Shown here in pieces: positions 44,976-54,917 of a stretch of DNA of 64,000 bases. How positions within the stretch are numbered: position 1 is the first letter of the stretch; every line of letters starts with the position of its first letter. Source of the stretch: a virus. Location of the stretch: IMG/VR virus record IMGVR_UViG_3300043773_002546, positions 32,001 through 96,000 of that record. One strand, 5' to 3'. Below the pieces are notes generated by a model that had not been told where the DNA came from, searched no databases, and saw nothing but the letters and a program-made list of their open reading frames with translations. Position numbers and translations under genes: made by a program.

Positions 44976-45820
44976 AGACCCGCGGCTTCAGCTACAGGCG
45001 CGTAATCAAGCGGCGCGACGCAGTCTTTGGTAGGGCCATGCGGCCCTACATGGAAGCGCGACTGACTGGCGCGACGATCGGCGACCTGACTGATGACATC
45101 CTCGCGGAAATGCCGCCCACCGTCTCACGCGACGCGCTGTTTGAGTCGCTCAGGCTTTTTGCTGGTACGCAGCTTTCGCGTCGCACGGGTTTCGAGATTG
45201 CCTGGCGTTTGGCGGGTAACCTCGACCGGCTCATTGCTGGCGAGCCCGTGCTGCCCTGGAACCGCCAAATTGCTAACGAGGTCGTTCCCGTCCGCGTCGA
45301 GCACATGCGGCCACACAAGCGGTTTGATAATCCTGGGTATTTGCTGCACTGTCGTGCGCTGGCTGGAAGTTCCTGTCCGCTGGTGTTTCCTAATTTTTTC
45401 AGCCGCCGCAGCTGCTTTGGGATCGCTAATACAATCGGCTTTTCGGCGCCCTGGGGCCTCTATCCCTACCAGCACCCCATGTACTTTGTGAACCTTATGT
45501 TTTTCGCCCACATTGAGGCAGAAAAGAGTCACGAGTATCCGGTGTTCTCAGAAGTCAGCTGCAACACAAGCTTGAAACTGGAAAACAAAGCCAAGATTGA
45601 AGTTCGCACGCGCGCACGCCCCTGCCCGCGGGGCTTTAAGCACGAGTGCAACAAATGCCCAATCGGTTACAACGAGTGCCCCGCTGGAATTTACCCGCGC
45701 ACGTTAGTCTCACGCTACTGCGCCCGTTGCCAGCAGGACGCGTTCTTTGAGCCCGATGACGAAGAGCAACAGGACTGCATTAACTGCCGCCACACCCCGA
45801 CTCCCACCGAGAAAGTCTGA
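44972..45820 (+). CDS. hypothetical protein with Cys-rich C-terminus
   Basis: CPRG..HECNKCP..CP...CARC...CINC. Confidence 0.65.
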   Translation: MKTRGFSYRRVIKRRDAVFGRAMRPYMEARLTGATIGDLTDDILAEMPPTVSRDALFESLRLFAGTQLSRRTGFEIAWRLAGNLDRLIAGEPVLPWNRQIANEVVPVRVEHMRPHKRFDNPGYLLHCRALAGSSCPLVFPNFFSRRSCFGIANTIGFSAPWGLYPYQHPMYFVNLMFFAHIEAEKSHEYPVFSEVSCNTSLKLENKAKIEVRTRARPCPRGFKHECNKCPIGYNECPAGIYPRTLVSRYCARCQQDAFFEPDDEEQQDCINCRHTPTPTEKV

Positions 45821-45821
45821 C

Positions 45822-46487
45822 GTGAAACGTGTTGTTTATTGCACGGCTGTATTCAACCGCCGTGAAAACTTTGAAATTCTGCTGGACAGCTACTTGGCGT
45901 TGCGCAAACTTCCCCGGAACACGCAGGACGTGCTGTGCGTCTACGACTGGGACGGCGAGCTCAATGATATCAATGAGATTGACGGCCTGGCTTATCAAGC
46001 AGGCCACCAGACTGGACCAATTAACCGCGCCGAAGCGCGCAACCGCGCGCTGGCAGTTGCCAAGGCGGCCCCCGACGAGCTTGTGTTTTTCGTCGATTGC
46101 GATATGGTGCTACCCACGGACTTTTCCGACCGAGTGCGTCATTTCGTGAAACCAGGTCACGCTTACTTTCCTGTCTGCTATTCGCTCTACCGTGGCTCCC
46201 CCGCGGTCGTTAAGGGCCACGGTCCGGCGCACACACCTGGCAAATCAGGCGCCAACGGCTGGTGGCGCGAAGCAGGCCGTGGCAACTGCGGTTTCGTACT
46301 TCAAGACTTTTTGGCCATTGGCGGCTGGGACGGCGCCCGCTGGGGCACAAACTACGGCCGCGAAGACGACGACGTCTTCTGGCGGGCCAAGGCTAAGCTC
46401 ACCATCCATCGCGAGTGGACGCAGAACTTTTTTCATCAGTGGCATCCGCGCGTGGCGGAACCACAGAATCCATCTATTACGAGGTAA
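45822..46487 (+). CDS. GT-A glycosyltransferase (GT2/GT7-C-like)
   Basis: NRAEARN, FFVDCDM, IGGWD..WG..YGREDDD, FFHQWH. Confidence 0.8.
   Translation: MKRVVYCTAVFNRRENFEILLDSYLALRKLPRNTQDVLCVYDWDGELNDINEIDGLAYQAGHQTGPINRAEARNRALAVAKAAPDELVFFVDCDMVLPTDFSDRVRHFVKPGHAYFPVCYSLYRGSPAVVKGHGPAHTPGKSGANGWWREAGRGNCGFVLQDFLAIGGWDGARWGTNYGREDDDVFWRAKAKLTIHREWTQNFFHQWHPRVAEPQNPSITR
45960..45977. repeat. dispersed palindrome copy 10
   Basis: CTCAATGATATCAATGAG. Confidence 0.9.
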
Positions 46488-46489
46488 TC

Positions 46490-47176
46490 ATGTCGATTGG
46501 TTATAGACCGCAAGGAGCTGCTGGTCCCTTGTATCACCCCGAGCGCGACTTTGCGTACATCACCCCAACCCTCATGCGGCAGGCGATCGACAACATGTCA
46601 GCTCCGCCTAATCCGGAGATTGAGGAGTGGAAGAAACAAAACAACATCACCGAGGCCGACATAATCACAGCCGCCGAGGCTCTCGCTGACGCCCAGCGTG
46701 ATTTTGTCAGCACGGCCGACCCGGTCACAAGCCTACATCAGGCGTTGCACCGTCGCGATTACTTTGCGCTGCCTGTCCCGGTGCGGCTCTTGCTTCAGGC
46801 GATGATTGGCGAGGTCATGACCGGCGCATGGTTCAAAGCAGTGCGCGAAGTCTCGATTAAGGGCGAAGAATCTCCTGTGCAGAACGAGATGTGCCGCTTC
46901 TCCGCCGCTGTGCGTGAGTTTGTAACATCCAGCGGGGCGCCTAAGCCCAACCCGGTCAACGTGGCCGAGACGGTTATGGCGCAGAACGACGTGTTGCGCG
47001 GTCGTTTTGACGCCTTACGCGAGGAATACACGGCGCTGCAAAAGAAACTCCACGAAATTGAAACTAAGGCTACGAAACTGGAAATAGAGCTGACGCATTT
47101 GCCTTCTTGGTATCGTCGCCTGTCGAACTGGTTGCGGGCCACTTGCACCGGCCGAACCTGCTGCAATCGCTATTAA
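46490..47176 (+). CDS. hypothetical protein with C-terminal coiled coil
   Basis: SD GAGG; heptad-like LREEYTALQKKLHEIE. Confidence 0.65.
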   Translation: MSIGYRPQGAAGPLYHPERDFAYITPTLMRQAIDNMSAPPNPEIEEWKKQNNITEADIITAAEALADAQRDFVSTADPVTSLHQALHRRDYFALPVPVRLLLQAMIGEVMTGAWFKAVREVSIKGEESPVQNEMCRFSAAVREFVTSSGAPKPNPVNVAETVMAQNDVLRGRFDALREEYTALQKKLHEIETKATKLEIELTHLPSWYRRLSNWLRATCTGRTCCNRY

Positions 47177-47186
47177 GGAGGCTCGT

Positions 47187-47831
47187 GTGGCCAAATACAG
47201 GATGTACAAAGACCCGGCGCTGTTTGCCGGAAAGATCGGTAAAGCTGCAGACGGCACGATCCGTTGCCTGGGCATGGACCTGGGCAGCAACTGCGGCGTG
47301 GCAATTTACGATTACACGCCAGGCGGCAAGCTTCTCCAGGACAAGCTCCAGCTGTTCCAGTGGGACTTGTCAACGCAAGGGCTCGAGTCCGGCGCCGCGC
47401 GATTCGTACGTTTGCGGGGTTTTCTCAACGCCGTGAAACCCGATGCGCTGGCTTACGAGGACGTGAAATACTCGCCACCCAAAGAATTTTTCGTCAACAA
47501 GAAGTTTGGTATCCCCGCCGTGCTGTCGCGCGTGGCCACAGCCAGCGAAGTTCTCGGCGGCATGAAGGTTACCGTGGCGACTTGGGCTGAAGAACAGAAC
47601 ATAGTCTCTAACGGCTTTGCTATTGCCACGATCAAGAAGTTTGCCACCGGAGACGGCAGGGCCAGTAAAGAACAAGTCATTGCCGCGGCGAACAAGAACT
47701 TAGGTACGGCCTTTGATCAGGCTAAATACAAATCGGCGGGTCTGGATAACGTGGCTGACGCTGCGTTCGTGCTTTTAATGCTCCTCCAGCAGCTCAAGCA
47801 AGCTGCCCCGCCGCAGACCAAGGAAGGGTAA
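47187..47831 (+). CDS. ruvC: RuvC-like Holliday junction resolvase
   Basis: LGMDLGSNCGVA, AYEDV, IKKFATGDGRASKEQV, DNVADA. Confidence 0.8.
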   Translation: MAKYRMYKDPALFAGKIGKAADGTIRCLGMDLGSNCGVAIYDYTPGGKLLQDKLQLFQWDLSTQGLESGAARFVRLRGFLNAVKPDALAYEDVKYSPPKEFFVNKKFGIPAVLSRVATASEVLGGMKVTVATWAEEQNIVSNGFAIATIKKFATGDGRASKEQVIAAANKNLGTAFDQAKYKSAGLDNVADAAFVLLMLLQQLKQAAPPQTKEG

Positions 47832-47832
47832 C

Positions 47833-48480
47833 ATGCCTTACCGCCCCGACAATTTTGAAGAGGTTGAGCCGCTTCGGGACGCGCCAGACATTGCACGCCT
47901 CTCCTGCTCCGAAGCTCTGCGAAACACCGGCCGCAAGCTGGTGCTGTTTACTCCTGCGCTGATGATCACTCACGGTCGTTTTGATCGCGACCCGGTTATC
48001 GAATACGACTGCCGATTTCCTGTGGACAACGCCGACCTGCGCCCATTTGTTGTCGATCTTCAGAAAGACAGCGAGCGGTTTTTTGAGGGCCTGGGCGTCT
48101 CTGTGCCGCCGGGAAAAAAGAAACCAGTGAATTGGGACAAGCGGATCTACGCCCTGGACGCCTCCAGAGCCGACGAATGTTTTGGTTTCATCGGTGGCAT
48201 CGCTTTTTCTGATCCCAAGCGCGGTTATTTCGGTACGGTGCTGTCCTACGATTTAGACATCCCCGACCCGACGAGCCGCATACACGAACGGCTTGAGGTC
48301 AAAGTTTTCGGCGTCTTGGCAAACAATGTCATGGCTTTTCTGGCGCCGCGACCGCACAACATTCCGGTTGTCCAGGTGGTGCACAATCCAGGGCACGCTT
48401 GGCCTACAAACTTGCCGCGAACAAACTTGCTAGGCGTGCCGCTGGAAGAAGACATTCTTGGCATGCGCGAGGAGGACTGA
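47833..48480 (+). CDS. hypothetical protein
   Basis: In-chain ORF. Confidence 0.65.
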   Translation: MPYRPDNFEEVEPLRDAPDIARLSCSEALRNTGRKLVLFTPALMITHGRFDRDPVIEYDCRFPVDNADLRPFVVDLQKDSERFFEGLGVSVPPGKKKPVNWDKRIYALDASRADECFGFIGGIAFSDPKRGYFGTVLSYDLDIPDPTSRIHERLEVKVFGVLANNVMAFLAPRPHNIPVVQVVHNPGHAWPTNLPRTNLLGVPLEEDILGMREED

Positions 48481-48481
48481 C

Positions 48482-48922
48482 ATGAGCGAAGCATCTTCAG
48501 AGGCGGTCAACCCGCCCGCGCCCCAACACGCCTACTTCGCCGTCGTGCTCCACAGCGACGGCGCATTTGTTACCGAGGAGTTCGATTCGCTCGCAGCACT
48601 GGTTATTCGCCTCCGCGAGCTGGTCGACCGCGACGTCTCTGTGTCGTGCTTCACGGGCGCGCGGCTGGCAATCTCCAAGCCGCCGCTGCGCTACCTGATG
48701 ACGCCCGAGGGGAACCACGCGCTGTTCGAAGTGCCCGAGGCGCCCGAGCCCGATGACACCGGTTACCTGGGCGTGGACCCAATCCACATGGGCGACCCGC
48801 CCCAGCTAAAGATGCCCCAAGGCGCACGGCCCAGCCCCGGCGCGCCTGACGAATTTTTTGACGACCGCAACGACAACGTGCTGGGCGTTTTTGACAACGT
48901 GCTGCCTGACCCGGACAGCTAA
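48482..48922 (+). CDS. hypothetical protein
   Basis: SD GAGGAGG. Confidence 0.65.
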   Translation: MSEASSEAVNPPAPQHAYFAVVLHSDGAFVTEEFDSLAALVIRLRELVDRDVSVSCFTGARLAISKPPLRYLMTPEGNHALFEVPEAPEPDDTGYLGVDPIHMGDPPQLKMPQGARPSPGAPDEFFDDRNDNVLGVFDNVLPDPDS

Positions 48923-48949
48923 ACCGCGCGCGTTTGCCGGGCATATTTA

Positions 48950-49219
48950 ATGTCCACTGTTGTGTTTGCAGCGGACATTAACCATGTACCGGGCGTATAT
49001 GCTCGAGGGAGGGATCATGTTTTGGGCACCATGACGTTCGATGGGCGCTTTGTAAAACGCCACCACCGCGACAAAACTACCGGAATGATCAAGGTCGTCT
49101 TTTATGACGGACCGCCCGAGCTTGTGCCGTATGCCGAATGGCAGGCCAGGAAGAAGCTCGTATTTCACGGCGGCAATATTCGCCGCGCCGAGATTACCCG
49201 CGCGGTTGCGCATTGTTGA
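48950..49219 (+). CDS. hypothetical protein
   Basis: In-chain small basic ORF. Confidence 0.5.
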   Translation: MSTVVFAADINHVPGVYARGRDHVLGTMTFDGRFVKRHHRDKTTGMIKVVFYDGPPELVPYAEWQARKKLVFHGGNIRRAEITRAVAHC

Positions 49220-49253
49220 TTACCACCCATTACCGCTACGAAGGAGCATGCGA

Positions 49254-50402
49254 ATGCAAACCATCACCGAGAACCTTGTCGCCCGCCAAGCTCAGTTGCT
49301 TAAAGATTTTGCTTACGTGGCTGACGCGCTTTGCGGCGTCGTTGCCATGTTGTGGTTGCCGGGGTTGCGCCAGCGCTTCCACGGACCACGCGCGGTCCGC
49401 GGCACGCGGCCGCTGTGCGTCACTTTGGAAGTGACCTCCAGTGGCGGGTTGACCCTCAGCGGCGCCATTTCCCGACCCAAAAACGGAAAGCTGCGCTATG
49501 ACGTGATCTTCAAGTACGACTTCACTCAGCCGATGTGCGACGAGCCCGCAGGAAACGTGCTTTCGGCCAAAAATGAAGTCATCGCCAACCGGGCGCTGGG
49601 GCTGCTCCAGAGCCTCATTCGTTTCGGCCAGCGCGACCAGCGCCGCGTGCGCACGGCTCAACCCGCCTGGCCGATGTACCTGGTGCCCTTCAACCCAGGC
49701 GAGCAGCAATACGACGACGCCAAACTCGAGGCCCTCGCCGCAGGAATCGATCCGGCGCTTCGGGCGCTTTACAAGGAGCAGTTGAAGAAAGACCTCACCG
49801 ATACGGCAACGGTATCCGGCTCCGTGCTGGTAAACGCGGCGATCGTCCCTGACGCGATTATCGCCCGCGCGCTGGAAACCGAGCTGGGTTACGAGGACTA
49901 CAGTCCGGTGTTGGGCGTTGGTCATTGGAATCCGGCTCACGCTTTGCGCGAGCAGCCCAACCCCGCTACGGCGCTCTTCGCCAAGCACGGGATTACTGAT
50001 CTGGAGTCGGTTGACCAAGACACGGTCGACGGGCTTCTGACAGAGTTCCGGGCGGCAGTCGCGCTGGGCGAATGTCTGAGCGATGACGACATCTACGACG
50101 CCTTGGTTCACCCCGATGCGCCGGTCGTCTTTTCTCAGGGCATCGCCCACGCCGAACCGAAGCGGCTTGTGGCGGCAATGCGCCGTGCCGCTGGGCATAG
50201 CCGCGCGGCTCGTGAAGCCAGTGATGCAGACCTGCTGGCGGCTACTGCCAACCAGGGTCGACTGGTGATTAGCGCCTTGTCGGCCACGCAGATCTGCACG
50301 GCTGCGGCGCTTCAAGACCTTCCCTGGTCTTATACAGGCGGTGTCCTGCCGTCGCAGGATTGGGAGCCCAACAGCCGCCGTCGCGTTGCGGTAGAGGCAT
50401 GA
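49254..50402 (+). CDS. hypothetical protein
   Basis: SD AAGGAG 49241-49246; long ORF. Confidence 0.7.
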   Translation: MQTITENLVARQAQLLKDFAYVADALCGVVAMLWLPGLRQRFHGPRAVRGTRPLCVTLEVTSSGGLTLSGAISRPKNGKLRYDVIFKYDFTQPMCDEPAGNVLSAKNEVIANRALGLLQSLIRFGQRDQRRVRTAQPAWPMYLVPFNPGEQQYDDAKLEALAAGIDPALRALYKEQLKKDLTDTATVSGSVLVNAAIVPDAIIARALETELGYEDYSPVLGVGHWNPAHALREQPNPATALFAKHGITDLESVDQDTVDGLLTEFRAAVALGECLSDDDIYDALVHPDAPVVFSQGIAHAEPKRLVAAMRRAAGHSRAAREASDADLLAATANQGRLVISALSATQICTAAALQDLPWSYTGGVLPSQDWEPNSRRRVAVEA

Positions 50403-50692
50403 GGTGCGCGATGCGTTACTTCCTCAAGCATGTCAGTCCAGAATACACGCTGCAGTGGCTTTTGGAGCAGGACCCAGAACCGCGCGCGGTGCCTGTATTT
50501 CCGGAAGAATTTGACGTGGCTTTGGTGATAACGCACCTGCTCGGCGGGACGGTTTTCGCGGAGGTTGCTACCTCCCCAAAACATCTCGTCGAGATCTGCG
50601 GGCAGGGGTTTCCTTTGGGACGGCTGTATTTCCAGATTTCGCGATCTGCGCTATACAGTGTGTGTCCGGAGTTAACCCCGGAAGCCTTTTAA
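50399..50692 (+). CDS. hypothetical protein
   Basis: ATGA overlap; followed by terminator. Confidence 0.6.
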   Translation: MRCAMRYFLKHVSPEYTLQWLLEQDPEPRAVPVFPEEFDVALVITHLLGGTVFAEVATSPKHLVEICGQGFPLGRLYFQISRSALYSVCPELTPEAF

Positions 50693-50740
50693 GAAAAGGG
50701 CACGTCGTCCGGGTAACCGGGCGGCCTCTGCCTTTTCTTT
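50691..50740 (+). terminator. intrinsic terminator-like long hairpin, possibly bidirectional
   Basis: AAGAAAAGG GCA..CGTCCGG-gtaa-CCGGGCG..TG CCTTTTCTT. Confidence 0.7.
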
Positions 50741-50763
50741 AGCTATCAGCAATCGGAGTCGAC

Positions 50764-51723
50764 ATGAGCGGAGTGCAGTACAAGGACCCGACCCAAGAAC
50801 GGATGGCAAACGGCCGGTCGTTGGCGGACCTTATGCGCCGCGGCCCGCACGGTATCCGCGGCGTTGTCGTGCAGCCTGCGACTCCCGGCGGCGTACCTGT
50901 AAATTTTAATCCGCACGATCGCGGCGCAATTGAAATTCACGTCGAACCAGACGGCGGCAACGCTACTTTGCGGCTTAACCAGATTACCGCTAGCAGCGTG
51001 GAAAAAGCGCTCGCGGCAGCTAACGCGCAAATTCAGGGGAACGACATCGAATCTATTCGGGAGCGCACAGCCGTGGCCTTTGAAGAACTTGCCCGTCTTT
51101 CCAAATCTAATGTTCAACGCGTGCCAGTGAAGCAGGCTGCCGCGCGCCCGGCCCAGCAACAGCGCGAAAGCGACGACGAAGAAACCACGTTGGCCGAGCT
51201 CTCGCAGTTGAGCGAGGAACTGCAATCTGGTTTTGACGGACACAGCCAGTTGGTAAAACAGCCTGCCGCTCCGCCGTTGGAAAAAATTGACCGCGGCTAT
51301 AGCCCCATGGCTGCTTTCGGTCTCAAGAAAGCCGCTATGCCAGCGACTACTGCCGCCAGCAACGTGGCCAAAAACACGCAGGTCGGACCGCCGCAAAAAC
51401 TTGTGTACTTTGAGAAAGAGGGCATTGGCACGGTTCCTGCGTTTTTTCACGACGTGTTAGTTAACGTCTCTCGTCCCGAACCCGACAGCCCCGAAGAGTC
51501 GGGGTTTATTGTCCTGGTTTACGACGTGCGTTTTGAGCAATCTGCGGCGCGCTGGTTTCCTCCGGCAAATGACCCGTATCAGCGACCTTGGGCGGTGCAG
51601 GTTAACGACGACAACCGCCTGTACCTTGTTCATACCACGGGATTTCAGTATCTTTATGATGCGCGCGAATACTGCGTTTTGTTGGTGGAAAAGGCCCTGC
51701 GGGCGCCGGAAGGAGACGGCTGA
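50764..51723 (+). CDS. hypothetical protein, possibly virion morphogenesis
   Basis: SD GGAG; two genes upstream of the probable portal. Confidence 0.7.
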   Translation: MSGVQYKDPTQERMANGRSLADLMRRGPHGIRGVVVQPATPGGVPVNFNPHDRGAIEIHVEPDGGNATLRLNQITASSVEKALAAANAQIQGNDIESIRERTAVAFEELARLSKSNVQRVPVKQAAARPAQQQRESDDEETTLAELSQLSEELQSGFDGHSQLVKQPAAPPLEKIDRGYSPMAAFGLKKAAMPATTAASNVAKNTQVGPPQKLVYFEKEGIGTVPAFFHDVLVNVSRPEPDSPEESGFIVLVYDVRFEQSAARWFPPANDPYQRPWAVQVNDDNRLYLVHTTGFQYLYDAREYCVLLVEKALRAPEGDG

Positions 51724-51905
51724 TGGAAAAGCGCGGCGTAATTAAACCCGGCCAAACACCCCCCGAACACGACTCCCCGGCGGTTCCCGTCGTTAATTTT
51801 ACAGATCACTGTGAAAAAACGGCGGAAAGCGAGCTAGACGCCATTCGGCGGCTGGACGGGGATTTCCGTAAAGAGGCCGCGGACCAGGCCAAAAAGGCCC
51901 TCTAA
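51723..51905 (+). CDS. hypothetical protein
   Basis: TGATG overlap. Confidence 0.5.
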   Translation: MEKRGVIKPGQTPPEHDSPAVPVVNFTDHCEKTAESELDAIRRLDGDFRKEAADQAKKAL

Positions 51906-51931
51906 ACCTCTGTGCGCATGGAGGCGCAGCC

Positions 51932-53851
51932 GTGGCACTTACACCCTCTACCTCGATGGGCTTCACCACGCTCGGTAACGGCGCCATCGCCGACGAGCGT
52001 TTTCCGGATCCCTTTTGCGACGTCGCTAGCCTGTCGATGCCCGAAAGCATCCAGGCAGCCAACCGTTGGGTTGAGTACATCGCCAGCGCTAACGGCGTTT
52101 ACCGTCAAGCAATCGACCGGGTCGTCAGCTATTTCGTTACGGATATCGAGGTCCAGGACTTAGGCGAGAAAACGATTGGCCGCGAGGAAAAAGAGAAGTA
52201 CGCCACTTTTCTCGAGGAAACAATCGGCATCAAGAATGTCCTGCACACCGTGGCCCTGGACTACGCCGTCTACGGCAACTCATTCACCACGGTCCTAGTG
52301 CCCTTTCGGCGTTACTTGTCTTGCAAGAAGTGCGGCTTCGAGGCTCCGCTCGATAAAGTCTTCAACCAGAAGGCTTACAACTTTAAATGGAACGACTTTG
52401 ACTTCTACGCCAGCTGCCCGAAGTGCAAATACACTGGCGCCTGGAATCATATTGACCGCCGTAGCGGAGACACGAACTCCGTAAAAATCAAGCGCTGGAG
52501 CCCGCACGAGATTGACCTGCTCTGGGACCCTTACACGGACGAGGTGAGTTACGTCTGGAAGATCCCCGAGGACTACCGTAACCTCATCAAGCAGGGCCAC
52601 CTGCATCACCTAGAACGGGCTAGCTGGGAAGTTATCCAGGCGATCAAGAACGGCCAAAACCTGATGTTCGACAAGGGCGTCGTCTTCCACCTTAAGGAAG
52701 ATGCGCTATCGGGCATGCGCAACCGCGGATGGGGTATTTCTCGGATTTTGGCCAATTTTCGCCAGGCTTGGTATGTGCAAATCCTGCAACGATACAACGA
52801 AGCCATCGCCCTAGATTACGTTATCCCGTTTCGCGTGATTACGCCCGCGCCGCGCGGTGGCGATAGCGCGTCGAATGACCCTGTTCACACGATTAACCTC
52901 GCCAGCTTTTCCTCGCGCGTGCAGGCCATGCTCCGCGCGCGCCGCGTCGACCCGGCGCGATGGAACGTGTTGCCCTTCCCTGTGAACTACCAGGCCCTGG
53001 GCGGTGATGCGTCGCAGCTTGCGCCTAAAGACCTCATGGACCAAGGCATGCAGACGCTCCTGAATTGCATCGGCGTGCCCATGGAGCTTTTTAACGGATC
53101 ACTTACTCTCCAGGCTGCTCCGGCCGCATTGCGGTTGTTTGAAGCCAACTGGAGCCACTTGCCGCACAACCTCAACTGCTTTCTTAAAAACCTAGCCAGC
53201 ACCCTGGCCAAGGTCATGCAGTGGGAGCCGGTGAGCGTCAAGCTAATGCGCGTTACGCACGCCGACGATCTAAACCGCCAGATGGCCAAGCTGCAGCTCA
53301 TGCAGGGTCAAATGATTTCTAAGGGTACTGGCCTCAAGAGCGTTGGCCTGGACTACGAAGAAGAGACTAAGCGGATGCTCGAAGAGGAGCGAATTTACGC
53401 CGAAGAGCAAGAGCGAATGCAGAAGGAGATGGAACAGTCTAAGTCCATGCAGGACATCTCTCAGCAGACGCAAATGATGGGCGGCGTGGGTAACACCGGC
53501 GCCAGCGCTACCGGCGCACCGGCGCAGGGCGGCGCGCCGCAACCGGGAATGCAGCCGGGCATGCCCGGAGCAGGCAGCCCGGTCGACCAGTTTCTTTCTC
53601 AGCGCACTAACACGCCCAACGTCCCGCGCACGCCCGAGGATTTGCAGACGCAGGCGCAGCTCCTGGCTAATCAAATTCTTTCGCTACCCGAAAGCCAGAA
53701 AGACAGCGAACTTATTAAGCTCAAGCGCGGCGACCAGACGATGCACGCGCTGGTTTCTAGCATCATCGACGACATCCGGCAGCAGGCTCGCAACCAGGGC
53801 GGCGCCATGGTCATGCAGCAACAGTTCGGTCAAGGCGCGCCCCCCGGATAA
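51932..53851 (+). CDS. probable portal protein with Zn-ribbon insertion
   Basis: DYAVYGNSF, IKRWSPHEI, VFHLK, WGIS, Gln/Gly/Pro-rich C-terminus; CKKC...CPKC insert; size and pattern fit large-phage portals. Confidence 0.65.
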   Translation: MALTPSTSMGFTTLGNGAIADERFPDPFCDVASLSMPESIQAANRWVEYIASANGVYRQAIDRVVSYFVTDIEVQDLGEKTIGREEKEKYATFLEETIGIKNVLHTVALDYAVYGNSFTTVLVPFRRYLSCKKCGFEAPLDKVFNQKAYNFKWNDFDFYASCPKCKYTGAWNHIDRRSGDTNSVKIKRWSPHEIDLLWDPYTDEVSYVWKIPEDYRNLIKQGHLHHLERASWEVIQAIKNGQNLMFDKGVVFHLKEDALSGMRNRGWGISRILANFRQAWYVQILQRYNEAIALDYVIPFRVITPAPRGGDSASNDPVHTINLASFSSRVQAMLRARRVDPARWNVLPFPVNYQALGGDASQLAPKDLMDQGMQTLLNCIGVPMELFNGSLTLQAAPAALRLFEANWSHLPHNLNCFLKNLASTLAKVMQWEPVSVKLMRVTHADDLNRQMAKLQLMQGQMISKGTGLKSVGLDYEEETKRMLEEERIYAEEQERMQKEMEQSKSMQDISQQTQMMGGVGNTGASATGAPAQGGAPQPGMQPGMPGAGSPVDQFLSQRTNTPNVPRTPEDLQTQAQLLANQILSLPESQKDSELIKLKRGDQTMHALVSSIIDDIRQQARNQGGAMVMQQQFGQGAPPG

Positions 53852-53857
53852 CAGCGT

Positions 53858-54901
53858 ATGCGTGTCGGAATTTACACGCATTACGCCCACTGTGACCAGG
53901 CGTACCTCGCTGTACGGCTGGCCGATTTCGTGCGTTCTCAGGGCGCCGAATTCGACATCTATTCTGACGCGGCGCCCGGCAAACTTGGCCTGGCCTACGA
54001 CCGCGCCGTGGCTCACCGCGGAATTATGAACTTCAGCGACTGGCTGAAGCGGCAGAGCGTCTTAGTCTGGACGCACGTGCCCTACATTGAGCAGTTGGCT
54101 TACGTGAAGCGATTTAAGATTCCCACAGTTATTGCGCCGATGTGGCAAGAGATGGAGCCGCCGTTCAAGAAGTGTCTCCGCGCGGCCGACGCCGTGGTGG
54201 TTTTCAGTCAGGAGCAACGGGAACTGTTTCACGCGGTGTTTAAACTTCGCAACGTGGCGTACATTCCCTTTGACACAGGGCTGCCAGTCACTCGCAAAGA
54301 GACCATTGTGAACGACCGGGCGATTTCGTTGTTTTTGCCGTGGTTTGACCGCAACGCTCGTTGCGCGTCTAGCCAGCTTCTGTCTTTTTTGGGCTATCTC
54401 GTTGAGCGAATGCCGGAAGTCCGCCTGACCGTGGGCATTACTTCCAGCCGTTTCGGCCCCGCAATCGCCAAGTACTTTACAAACTTGAGCAAGCGCACCG
54501 AAAACCGTGTTTGGCTCGCGCGCGGCGTGCCTTTTGCCAGGCGCGCGCCGCTGTACGGCCAGCACGACCTGACGCTTTGGCCCGGCGAGTGCGACAACTA
54601 CGGTCTTTGCGGCCTTTATAGCCTCGCGGCCGGGACGCCCGTGGTCAGCATGGCTACGGCGCCGCAGACGGACTTCCTTATCCAGGACGTCAATGCGGCC
54701 CTATGCAAAACGCGAGTCGATTACGATGATAACGGCGTTCCGCATGCGGTCCCCAACTATGAAGCATTTGCCGCTGTAATTCAGGATCTAGTTGCCGACA
54801 CTCGCTACATTGACCGCTTGCAAAAAAAGTCCAACTACAATCTGCAACCGCGCCGTACCGCCTTTGAGCTGGGCTGGCGCGGGCTACTCGAAATACCATG
54901 A
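53858..54901 (+). CDS. GT-B glycosyltransferase (GT4-like)
   Basis: ADAVVVFS, YGQHDLTLWP...DNYGLCGLYSLAAGTPVV corresponds to the GT4 E-x-FG...EA..G.PVV region. Confidence 0.7.
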   Translation: MRVGIYTHYAHCDQAYLAVRLADFVRSQGAEFDIYSDAAPGKLGLAYDRAVAHRGIMNFSDWLKRQSVLVWTHVPYIEQLAYVKRFKIPTVIAPMWQEMEPPFKKCLRAADAVVVFSQEQRELFHAVFKLRNVAYIPFDTGLPVTRKETIVNDRAISLFLPWFDRNARCASSQLLSFLGYLVERMPEVRLTVGITSSRFGPAIAKYFTNLSKRTENRVWLARGVPFARRAPLYGQHDLTLWPGECDNYGLCGLYSLAAGTPVVSMATAPQTDFLIQDVNAALCKTRVDYDDNGVPHAVPNYEAFAAVIQDLVADTRYIDRLQKKSNYNLQPRRTAFELGWRGLLEIP

Positions 54902-54917
54902 GGCGTAAGGACATGCC

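Noticed and set aside
14154-50315. Long minus-strand ORFs (6595-7596, 14154-15467, 36704-38008, 38318-39334, 49236-50315 and others)
   Set aside because: Antisense shadows of well-supported + strand genes in GC-rich DNA; no recognisable motifs
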